Of a stretch of 64,000 nt of DNA, positions 49,701 to 62,200 are shown in pieces. Source of the DNA: Torpedo marmorata. Its lineage: Eukaryota. The notes beneath the pieces are model-generated. The model was given only the letters and a program-made list of their open reading frames with translations, searched no databases and was not told the DNA's origin. The stretch's first letter is position 1; the number at the start of each line of letters is the position of its first letter. The DNA is taken from NCBI GenBank assembly GCA_977017645.1, contig OZ360252.1, forward strand, positions 18,104,001-18,168,000, given 5' to 3'. The position numbers and the translations under genes were made by a program.

Positions 49701-52700
49701 TATTGTGTGCAGTTCAGGTCGTCTAACCTCAGGAAGGATATCAGTAAGATTGAAAGAGTGCAGAGAAAATTTACTAGGATGTTGCTGGGTCTTCAGCAGT
49801 TGAGTTACAGGGAAAGATTAAACAGGTTGGGAATTTATTCTTTGCAGCGAGGAAGAATGAGGGGAGATTTTCTGGAGGTTTACAAGATTATGAGAGGTAT
49901 AGACAGACTCGATGCGAGTAGGCTTTTCCACTTTGATTGGGGGAGATAAATACGAGAGGTCATAGTTTTAAGCTGAAAGGGGAAAGGTTTAGGGGGAACA
50001 TTAGGGGAAAGTTCTTCACTCAGAGAGTGGTGGGAGTGTGGAATGGGCTGCCATCTGATGTGGTGAATGCGGGCTCGATCTTGAGTTTAAAGAATAGATT
50101 GGATAGCTACATGGACGGGAGAGGTCAGGGGGGTTATGGAGTGGGAGCAGGTCCAGCGGCATAGTGGTCAGTACAGACTAGAAGGGTCGAATGGCCTGTT
50201 TTCTGAGCTGTTGCGTTCTGTGGTTCTATGGAAGTGATGAGCAACTTATTTACCCAGAGGGCGGTGAATCTATGGAATTCGCTGCCCATTGAAGTATTCG
50301 AGGCTGCAATAAATATATTTAAGACAAGGTTGGATAGAGTTTACAAAGTAGGTGAATTAAGGTAATGGGAAAAAGGCAGGTGGGTGGAGATGAGCCCATC
50401 ATCACATCAGCCATGACCTCATGGAATAGAAGACCAGGCGCGACGGCCCGGGTGGCCTACTCCTTTAACTATTCCTTATGTTCAGTATTCATGGAAAACA
50501 AAATACTCTCGACTTCTTCAGCAGTGCCGAAATCCTCGCAGTAGCCTGTGTAACGGGGCTGGATGTGAGGTGGATACAGGTGGGTGTGTGAGAATGCAGG
50601 CGCATTGTGCTCGGTCAAGTGGGCAGAGGTCAAAACGACTGCTCTCTGATAGAAGGAGGGGAAGGGGCTGGATATCTGGAGAAAGGGGACAGAGAGATGA
50701 GGGAACGAGAGAGACTGGGAGCAGGAGTTATCAAAATATAGAGATGTCTATATTAATGCCCTCTGGTTGGAGACTGTCGAGACGTAATATAAGGCGCTAT
50801 TCCTCCAATTTACCAATGGCCTCAACGTGGCAGCACACGTGGCCATGGACAAACATGTCAGTGTGGCAATCGGGTGTGGATTGAAATGGCAGGGCACTGG
50901 AAGCTTCTTGCTGTTGCAGCGGACAGGGCAAAGTCTCAAGGAAACGTCCTCCCTGTCTGCGTCCAGGCTCCCCGATGCAGAGGTGGCCACAACGGGAGCA
51001 CCCAATGCAGTAAATGACTCCTGTAGATTCACAAGTGAAGTGATGCTTTCACATGGAAGGACTGTTTGGGTCTGAGTTGTTTCAGTGTGCTCACGTTTAT
51101 CCAAGCTCGAACTTCTTTCGATAGGATTAATGAATCACCTCGGATCACCTCGAAAACAACAATACATACATACGGCTGCTCTTCATCGACTGCAGCTCGG
51201 CCTTCAATACCATTTTTCCCTCAGTGCTGGTCAAGAAGCTACAAACTCTAGTCCTCTGTACCTCTCTCTGCAACTGGATCCTTGACTTTCTCATCAGAAG
51301 ACCACAGTCAGTACGAATTGTAAACAACGTCTCTTCCTCACTGATTATCAACACAGGCGCATCCTAAAGATGCGTGCTTAGCCCACTGCTCTACTCGTTA
51401 TAAACCCATGAATGCGTGGCCAGGCATAGTTCCAATGCCATCTACAAGTTTGCGGATGACACCACAGTTGTCGGCAGAATCACAAACGGCAATGAGGAAG
51501 CGTACAGGAGGGAGATACATCAGCTCGTTGAGAGGTGTAACGACAATAACCTTGCGCTCAACGTCAGAAAAACCAAAGAAATTATTGTGGACTTCAGGAG
51601 GTAGTCAGGGTAACACGACCCAGTCTTCAGCGAGGGCTCAGTAGTGGAGAGGGTCAAGAACGTCAAATTCCTGGATGTCAACATCCAAAAGATCTGTCCT
51701 GGAGGTTCCACGTTGATGCAATCACAAAGAAGTCTCGCCAGCGGCTATTCTTTGTGAGGTGTCTGAGGAGATTGGTATGTCACCGAAGACACTCGTAAAC
51801 GTCTACAGGTGTACCGTGGAGAGCATTCTGGCTGGTTGCATCACTGCCTGGTATGTAGCCGCCAACTCTAAGGACAGGAATAAACTCCAGAGGGTTGTTA
51901 ACTCGGCCTGTGACATCACAGGCACCAGGCCTCACACCATCGAGGACATCTACATGAGCTGGTGCCTTACAAAAGCAGCCTCTATCCTCAAATACCCCCA
52001 CCACCCAGGCCATGCCCTCTTCACTCAGCTACCATCCTTAAAAAGGTACAGGATCCTAGGACGAGCCCTCAACGGCACAAGGACAGCTTCTTCCCCGCTG
52101 CCATCAGATTCCTGAATATTTAATGAACCAAAGACACTGCCTTAATTAACGTGCACTATTATTTATATTTTTTAATAGTAATGTCGTAAGATGGTTATAA
52201 TATGAATGCTAATTTCACTATGATGCTGCCGCAAAACACCGAATTTCATGACTTGTTCATGACAATTAATTCTGATTCTGATTCTAAGTTTCTGCTCTAA
52301 TTATACCATGCTTCACCTGGATATAACATGCAAAACAAAGCGTATGACAAATGTGAAATAATTCTTGAAACTTAATTCTACTCTCTCCCTTCTCCTTCCC
52401 CTAAATAGAACAGCTTGAGCTGTCTCATGCCAAAATTTCTAAATAAATGACTGATTTTCCATTGGAAAGCAGCAATGACGAGTTGTGCTCTCATTGGCCT
52501 GGTCAGGATGTACATATTGCATCCCATTTTTCTGCACTGGGTTTGATTATATTGTCGCTTGTTCAACCGCCATCTTGTGTTTAGCATTTAGAATACTATC
52601 TTGACGGATTGAGCAAATTGTACAACCGTTCAGCTGTTAAATTATAAATACATTACGGTTTTTTACATTTGCACTTTTTATTTTTCTACCCCACTCCACA

Positions 52701-55700
52701 CAGGTAGCCAAGAGTGCCGGCACGAAATTGGACTCGACTGTAAAATGCTAAATGCAGAAGCGGTTTTGAAATTTGACGTTTGTATTCAGGTTCGAATTGA
52801 TGGTGTTACACCACCATCTCATGGGGTTCAAACTTTGATTTGCAAAATATATACATTTTTAAATCATTGCATTTGAAATCATTACTCCACATAAAAATAT
52901 ACCATCAAGAAATCTGCCTTCTTACTTCCCCGGTGAACCAGTTTCCACATGGATTCGCTTCATCCACATTTTAACAGACCCGAGGAGTAAATAAATGTTG
53001 CGGTGTCTGCAGTTACCCAACGTTGACGTTTCCCCCATAATTCCCCGACCTTCAACCCATACATCTCCCTGCTCTCTTTGATTTCAATTTTTGTTGTCTC
53101 CATTTTTTTTACATTTACAGAAATGTCTTGAACACTTGTAAGAAATCCTGTTGCTGAAGATTTTTTAAAGCACAGTAATTATTTTAATAGTTTTCCGTTT
53201 TTGATTCATTATTTGCGACCATTGATTTTATTGAAGTGACCAGAGGACAAAATAATTGCCACTGTAATTTTCCCCAGGGTGGTGGAGTCTGCGGAGGGTT
53301 GCGCCAGAACAAAACAGGAATTGAGTGAGTTTTACGCAATTAACCGAATTTACAGCAAGTGCAAGACACTCGGCTTTATTATTCTGTGGCCCCGATGTTC
53401 TTAACTCATCACCAACCTTCCCAGCAGCTTGCCATTTCCCTGGTGACATGTTGTGGCAATGTCATTGCTTTCTCACCTGAACACAGAACCCCAACGCCGC
53501 TGCTATCGTTGGAAACCCGATTCAACGTGAATGTGCTGCAATTTCGGAGCTGCGATTCGGTTCCTTCACACTGGACGTCATTCACCCACACCGGCCGTTC
53601 ACTCTCACCGTACATAGAGGAGTTGTAGGCTGATATGGCAGAGCCGCAACGCAGCTCTCTGCAGACCACGTTGGAATCATTGATGTTCCAGACGTTATCC
53701 TGCACTCTCCCCCAGATGCCATTGTGGAAGACCTCCACTCGTCCGTCGCAGCGGCTTCCTCCGTTGGTCAGTCTGAGAGACCAACTTTCATCTGCAAAAC
53801 GAAGTATGTTGGGTGAGCCGGTTAAAGTGAAGCCAAAGTACCCTATCAATTGTAAACTTGTGTCTGGCGAGCTGGTGGTTGTTTCCCGCACCAAGTGACC
53901 GCACGTCATTTTGGCGGACGCGGACCTGCTGTTTCAGTGACCTTGCTCTGTCGAAATTCAAACCAATGACGATCAGTTTCTGTGCACGATCTCGGATAAT
54001 CAGTTCAACAACAAGGGGCAGGTCGTTAATTGAAGGTAAATAGATTTTAAAGGCGATTGTCTTTTCGACGTTTTCATTCACATTTGTTCTTCAATTCTCA
54101 CGCAACACTTCATTGCACACGTACAACAACCGTGTACCGTTCTGTCCCTCTCGCTCTTTACATTTTCGAACAATTATTTCACGTCGCCCCAAAGCACACC
54201 GTAGCAAAATCTTTGATTTGACTCCTCCCAGCAACAACAGTCATTGCCTTGCCTCTGTTCATAATAACATTGTGCAGCGTGCAACGAACATCCTGTTGAC
54301 CCAATCGCCATTCCTCGTCTTTACCCTTCGGGGCATGGCTTAATCCCAGAATTAACATGTTGGCTACAGATAACAAATCAGGATTCCAGGCAGTCAACAT
54401 ACTTCCACAAAGAAGTAAACCCTTTCACCTTTCATTGTAATGCAGAATAAAAATAATTTAAAGCAGTAGCTGAATGCCTCTTCGACTGGAAAACTGTTTG
54501 CTTATTTCAGTTCTACAATCTATGTCGACTCACCAGAGCAGACGAGACCGGAAATGTTTCCATGTGAGCATCTAACTTTATCCGAGGGTGAAAATGGACA
54601 GTCGGCTATACGGGACTCATTCCCCCGGCAACGGTAGCCCTCCTTCCACATAGGACCGGTTTCCTCACCAAAGTGGGCACCTGCAGGAGTTTCCGTTACT
54701 GCACCGCATCGCAGCTGTTCACAGATCACGCTCGCAACTTCTAAGCTGAAGTGGACATCACAAAGGGTCCACCACTGGTCTCCGTGTAGAATTTCCACCC
54801 TGCCTGAACATCTGTTCTTCCCGCCCACTAGTCGTGGTCCATGGTTCCCTGTTTGAGGAAGGAATGAACATCGAAAATAACTTTTAAAATAGGAATGAAT
54901 AAGAAATTAGATAAATATTTCTTTATTTTTCATTATCTATTCGACGATTTTCCATGTGTGTCTATTAAATAGGACGGTCTCTGCTTTCATCTTGATCTTG
55001 TTCGCTGAGAGTGTTTCGGATTTATTTCTTTGTTTTCAACTGTATTTCCAAATGTAAAGTTATCGTTCATATTCTTCGCAATTTCCTTATATTTCTGTGC
55101 TTTATTTCGTTCTACAAAACGCTCGTTCCTATTAATTTATGAAAGCTCAGAGTTAGACAGATAACTGTTCGCAAATCGCTCTCATTGCTTTACATTGATG
55201 ATCTCTTAATAGTTAGCACATCTTTGCTTTGGTGGAAGATTGTTGTCTAATCGATTGGAAGTCGTTTAATATCGATATTCGTAATATCATACTTCTGAAC
55301 ACTCATTGAATTCAATGAACAATGTTGGCCAAAAGAAACATCATATTATCAATTTTTATACACCGGCCAATATGATATCAATGTAATATAGCAATAAATT
55401 GTATTGATGCACTTTATGAGCACTTCATAACAGGGAATTATCGAAGACCGTTTCCTGTTTTCTTTGTACAATGAAAGTCAAATACAGCTTTGTTCAGAAA
55501 TCAGGTACTCACCAGAACAGATCATATCGACGCCATTTCTTTGGCTGCAATGATGGGTTGCCGAAGAAAGTGGACAGTCCGACAAGGATGGCTCTTCGCC
55601 CTTACATTCCAAGCTCCGGTCAGACCCACTTCCCTCTTCAAAATAAGCTCCGCGCTGCACAGATACGGCGACTCCGCATTGAAGCTGACGACACACCACA

Positions 55701-58700
55701 TTGGCATCATCCATATCCCAGTGATGGTCACATATGTTTTTCCAGTTTTCACCAAACAGCACCTCCAGCCTTCCCGAGCACTGGTCATCTCCGGAAACCA
55801 ATCTTGGTACTCTATGGTCTGAGAAAGATATGAACCACAGTGATGATAATGAAAATTGTAAAGTAGATTTACAGACGATTCCTATGGAGATCAGCACATA
55901 GCTGTGCTGAAATAAGTTGTGCTCCAGTCTGGACTGCTGCCGATGAGATTTCTCATCGAACACAGAACACAGTTTCCGGTCCGTTGTTTCAAACGGAGAT
56001 TACATTCAAAAAAATATACAGCAAAGCTTCAATAAAGGAATATTGTAATCCCATTCCAACAACCTCTGACACAAGGACACCTTTCCACTTTATGCATTTT
56101 CATCAGAATATCAGAGCTGTGCAAAACGAATCCTCTCTCTTCCTCATTCATTCAAGTCTGAGCGAATGATGTTGTCGAACACTTCCCATTGTTTCATGCC
56201 ATAACCTCCATTATAACCCTCTAGGAGTAGCTGAAAGAATGAACTTTACGTCGGGTTTCACTCCGGCCGCAGAGGCTCCATTTTTCTGAACAAGCCTCCG
56301 CTGGAGACCAGTCCCATACAAACACACCCTCTCTAATAATATGCTGAGAACAGACGTTCCCTCAGAGTCATTTGTTCTCCAGATTCATTATCTCTCTTCC
56401 TTCTTTCCAATCTCCACCAGCTCACATTTTCGGCGACAACGCTCGTGGTTCCACACATCACCTACAGAAATGTGCCTCCTAACCACATTTGGGTTTTAAT
56501 TAGTGGCTCAGGGAGTAACCGATGAGAGGTTGCCTCCATTAATGTTTTTCTTTTTGTCCCCAAGAAATACAGGTGGAAAGTTATTAAAACAGGGGGCGTT
56601 ATACTGTGCTGCGGTTATCTATGTTCTATGTTCTAAGCAAGCATCAATTGAATTCCACCGATCAGTTGATTTGACGTGATCGATTTAAATACCCCGCAGC
56701 AGAAATTTGAATAAATATTAAATGTTGACACTTCTTACGGGAATGTACAGAAATAATCTTGCAATAGCATATGTCTGAGGAAGTTAAAAAGAAAATCTGC
56801 AGGAGGTGTGATTGTAGTGCAATACACAAACATTCTGGAGAAAATGAGATTCTGCGTGACCTGCTGAGCTTCTCCAGCAATTTCACGTCTGGGGAAGGTA
56901 TGTTCACAATATCTACGGACAGATATGGGCGCAGTAAACAAAAGCACATTTTCAAAATATAAGTATAACACCTCCTCTGTGCAACAATTAATATTGAGAA
57001 ACATTGCCTGTGATTTCTCTCAGCACCGCTTTTCAGTGTTAACAGCATAACCATTGATTCCAGTTGCATTCTCTGAAATTTCACAAAAATATTTGGTTGC
57101 AGATAATCGCTCAACGTTTAGTAAAGGAGCAGGTTAATAATGTCATAAAATACAAACGCCATCCTATTGAAATATAGAGGCGCAGACGTGACGTTCAACA
57201 AATAGTAATGTTGGGAAATTCGACCTCTCCACTGAGTAAAATACAAAAATGCTGGAGGAACTCAGCACGTCACGCAGCGTTCAGAAGAGGTAAATATATA
57301 GAACCAACGTTTCGGGCCTGAGCCTTTTTTCTTAAGGAAAGAGCAAAAAGCAGGCAGGCGCCTTAATAAAACAGCTGGGAGAGAATGCAGAAATGGTAAC
57401 AGGGGAGCACAGGACAACTGGCAAAATGCGATAATTGGACATGGATGGGAGAGGAAAGTTGAGAATTGATCGGGGAAGAGGTGACTCTGAGAATGTAAAG
57501 CTGGAGGAAAGGAGACAGAGGGAATGTAAAAGTCAGTTAGAGTGAGAAAGTGAGTGAGTGAGCGAGTGAGTGATAGACAGAGAGAGAGAGGGAGAGATAG
57601 AGAGAGAGGGAGAGAGAGAGAGAGAGCTGGAGGAAATGATTTCTGATGGAATATACAGCCTTTACATTATTGCATATTTCATTGAAAAATCTCCAAACTT
57701 GAATGATATTATTTCATACATAGCACGCTTCTCCCAATCTACGTTAGCCAGGTCTTGTGTTATGCCCTAGAAATGAACCTTCCCCAAATTAAGAGCTGAA
57801 GTTCAGGACCCTTTCCACAACTGCCTTGAAACTAACAGGATTATTGGCCCTGCTCCTAGAGTCTATACCCAGACATTTCCTCCCCTGCTGCTTATTACTT
57901 TGTTTCTTCAGATAACATCTTCTGTAGGATTATGCATTTATTGTCTCAGAAACTTGACCGCACTTAATAAATTCTATGCCCTCTATTTCTCTTGCATTCA
58001 TAAAATCCCTGTAAACACTGGGGAAGTTAAAGCACTCACTAATGTAACAATATTGTCCGTAAATCTTCCTGTCATTCGAATGTAGATCTGTTTTTCGAAA
58101 TTCCACTGATTAAGAGGGCTCTGTTAAAAACCCAGCGCAGTGATCGTCCCTTAGTATGTTCGGGCGATCTAACCATGGTATCCTCTCCACGTACCGTCGG
58201 TTGACACGGCTATCCTCATTTTTCATCCCCAAACACGTTATAACCTCGATATTGTGGTCTGGTCTGCCTAATCTATGGCTGCCCTATGCAAAAAAGGAAC
58301 ACCTCGTTCACTTGTGATCTCAAGGAATCACAGGTAAACACACTGCCCTGTTGAACTGAATATGAATCGATATCTGGCAGCTCGCACACGGGAATCCCGA
58401 CTTGCTAACGTGGGAAAGGCTGAATTGAGTTCGCAAACCTGAAAACGCTTGGCGTCGGCCAATAGGTTTCGACCCGATAACTTCTCACAAGATCGTTTTC
58501 ATCTTCAGAAACCTATCGACGTTAACGCTGAGCACTTGGGTAGCGCCAATTGAGTAGTCCAGGTACAGATTCCCGAAGACGGAGAAGCCATTTATCAGCC
58601 AGAGAGCCCTCTTAATCTGTACCTTGGCTGACAGGTCTCTGCTCAGGAAGTCCTGATACAGGCTCTCTCGCCGAGAAGCAAACTCAAAACATTTGCTTCC

Positions 58701-59173
58701 ACAGCTGCTGTTTTGAACGTTGAGTATTTTTCTAGGAGATCCGATTTTAGAACCATAGAATAATGGAAGACTACAGCTCGGACACAGGCCCGCGGCCCAT
58801 CTAGTCCGTGCGGAATATTATTCTGCCTGGTTACTTTGACCTGCACCCGGACCATGGCCCCCCATGCACATCCCATCCATGCACCTCTCCATTTTTAATT
58901 CAATGTCAAAATTGAGCCCCCATTCACAACTTCAGCTGGTACCTCGTACCACACTCTCACCACTCTCTGCGTCATCTGGATCCCAGCACCTGCAGTTACT
59001 TCTGCCTTCAACCTACCCAAATAACATTTGTTACAAATTCAAATCAGCAACGACAGAAGACGCAATGCAAAAGGGGTAAAATTGAAATTTATATTTATTA
59101 AAGACAATTAAACATATAATTTCACAACAATTAACCCCACTATAAACGTCTATAAACACTATTCTTATCTAAA

Positions 59174-59210
<37 letters not shown>

Positions 59211-62200
59211 TAAAGCCCAGACCATTACAGTCTGTGCCCAACCCTCATGTAAAAATGGAAAAACTTTCCCCAAAAACCCCAGGTCAGTCATAAAAACAAA
59301 TCAGTCCCAAAAACACAGTCCACAAAACTTCACTCTCTATGTTCAGGGTTCAAATTCAGCACTGTGTGCTGACAAGCCAGACTTATTAATGAACGTTGGT
59401 GAGAGAGACAATGACTGTTTATGCTTACGAATGCTTGGCTTCCTTTCTTCTCTGATGACTTTCCCTTCTGGTGTTTACACAAGGATTGCGAATCCAGATC
59501 CCTTTTGGATTGAGGCGTATACTTGGATCTCACAGCCTGTTCTTCACAAAAGCTGCTCTCAACTCAGGATTTTGCTGAATCACCAAGGCCTTGCCTCTGG
59601 TACCAACCATTTCCTCTGGGATGCACAAGACTGGATTTTATGATTCAAAAGGCTCTGTTTTCTTCTCCCAACTTCTTATCTGGGATGCACAAGCCTGGAT
59701 CCTGCTGAGTTCTCCCGTCTTTGCAACTCCAAAACTGCCACTGATTAATTTTTCCACGACTGAACTTTTAATCCTTCCTGCAGAGAGTCTCCAGCTCCCT
59801 TCTTAAAAGTTCAACAACCAAGTATCTTTCTACAGTTTGTCTCCCCCTGGTGCCTCTCTCTGGTATTACGAGAAGTCCTGGGCAAGTTAACTCCTTCAGT
59901 ACCAGGTCCCAGTGTGTACTCCAAAAGACTTCATCCTTCCTGCTGAGCGTCCGCAGTCCAAATGATCAGTCATGGTCCATAACACATTTCAAAACCTTCT
60001 AATATTCCATGACACAGGCATGACATATTTCACTTAATTCTAATTTTTGTTCAAATATTTTACCCTTGCAACGTCAAATGATATTCGGTTAAATCCAAAG
60101 TTTTATTTGATAGGACTTGAAATTGAAAGCAAAACGCTGCAGATAACGGTGTAATGAAAGTGCTGGGAAATCTCAGAATGTCGGTCAGCATCTGTGAAAA
60201 GAGAACCAGTGTTAAGGTATCAGTTCGAAGATTCATCCTCAGGACCGAAAACGAGAAATCACGTTAGTTTTTAAATGGCAACATTGAGTGTGAGAGAGGG
60301 ATGGGTTCAAAACAAATGCTGCTGGAGTGTTTATGGAAACTAAGGTCGGAGTGAAGTTTTGCAGCACTAGCAGTGGTTTGTAGGAACCAGGGATAAGCAG
60401 AAGTTATTTGCGTCTTGTTTGAAATGTCCGGAAAAGTGCTCGCCACAGTGAGATAAGGGAACATCCAAAGGTTGCAAGTGCCTTTTCTATTTAACTGCAT
60501 CAAGGGCCCCGTTTCTATGACATTACATGTGTATCTGAACATTGAAGATTTCTGCAATGCTCTTTGTTTCATAAATTACCAGAAACTGATCTTGTACAGA
60601 CACATCAATACAGAGTCGATACTGAAGTCAATAGAGAAGATCATCAAAACTGCCGAGAAGATCACTGGGATCACCCTTTCGCCTCTTCACGACATTTACC
60701 GGGATCATTTAATAGGGCTCGGAAATTCGATAAAAACATTTCCATCCAGCACACAGCATCTTTGACCCACTACCATCAGGGAGGATGTACAGGAGCATCA
60801 AAATCAGGACTGCCAGGCTGGGAAATCGTTCCTTCCCGCAAGCTGTGGTATTGATAAACAGAATCCTGTAATGGAGTAAAACATCCCAAAATAGTCACAC
60901 ATATTTATTTTAAATTATATCTGTATGTATATGTGCGATTATTATGTACTGTGTATTCTGTGTGTGTGTGTGTATGTGTGTGTGTGTGTGTGTGTGTGTA
61001 AAGCCCAGACCATTACAGTCTGTGCCCAACCCTCATGTAAAAATGGAAAAACTTTCCCCAAAAAACCCAGGTCAGTCATAAAAACAAATCAGTCCCAAAA
61101 ACATAGTCCACAAAACTTCACTCTCTATGTTCAGGGTTCAAATTCAGCACTGTGTGCTGACAAGCCAGACTTATTAATGAACGTTGGTGAGAGAGACAAT
61201 GACTGTTTATGCTTACGAATGCTTGGCTTCCTTTTCTTCTCTGATGACTTTCCCTTCTGGTGTTTACACAAGGATTGCGAATCCAGATCCCTTTTGGATT
61301 GAGGCGTATACTTGGATCTCACAGCCTGTTCTTCACAAAAGCTGCTCTCAACTCAGGATTTTGCTGAATCACTAAGGCCTTGCCTCTGGTCCCAACCATT
61401 TCCTCTGGGATGCACAAGACTGGATTTTCTGATTCAAAAGGCTCTGTTTTCTTCTCCCAACTTCTTATGTGGGATGCACAAGCCTGGATCCTGCTGAGTT
61501 CTCCCGCCTTTGCAACTCCAAAACTGCCACTGATTAATTTTTCCACGACTGAACTTTTAATCCTTCCTGCAGAGAGTCTCCAGCTCCCTTCTTAAAAGTT
61601 CAACAACCAAGTATCTTTCTACAGTTTGTCTCCCCCTGGTGCCTCTCTCTGGTATATACGAGAAGTCCTGGGCAAGTTAAATCCTTCAGTACCAGGTCCC
61701 AGTGTGTACTCCAAAAGACTTCATCCTTCCTGCTGAGCGTCCGCAGTCCAAATGATCAGTCATGGTCCATAACACATTTCAAAACCTTCTAATATTCCAT
61801 GAAACAGGCATGACATATTTCACTTAATTCTAATTTTTGTTCAAATATTTTACCCTTGCAACGTCAAATGATATTCGGTTAAATCCAAAGTTTTATTTGA
61901 TAGGACTTGAAATTGAAAGCAAAACTCTGCAGATAGCAGTATAATGAAAGTCCTGGGAAATCTCAGAATGTCGGACAGCATCTGTGAAAAGAGAACCAGT
62001 GTTTAGGTATCAGTTCGAAGATTCATCCTCAGGACCGAAAACGAGAAATCACGTTAGTTTTTAAATGGCAACATTGAGTGTGAGAGAGGGATGGGTTCAA
62101 AACAAATGCTGCTGGAGTGTTTATGGAAACTAAGGTCGGAGTGAAGTTGTGCAGCACTAGCAGTGGTTTGTAGGAACCAGGGATAAGCAGAAGTTATTTG

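Noticed and set aside
59176-59643. 155-aa ORF and its duplicate at 60925-61302
   Set aside because: It starts in a (TG)n microsatellite within an LTR and is frameshifted in the second copy.
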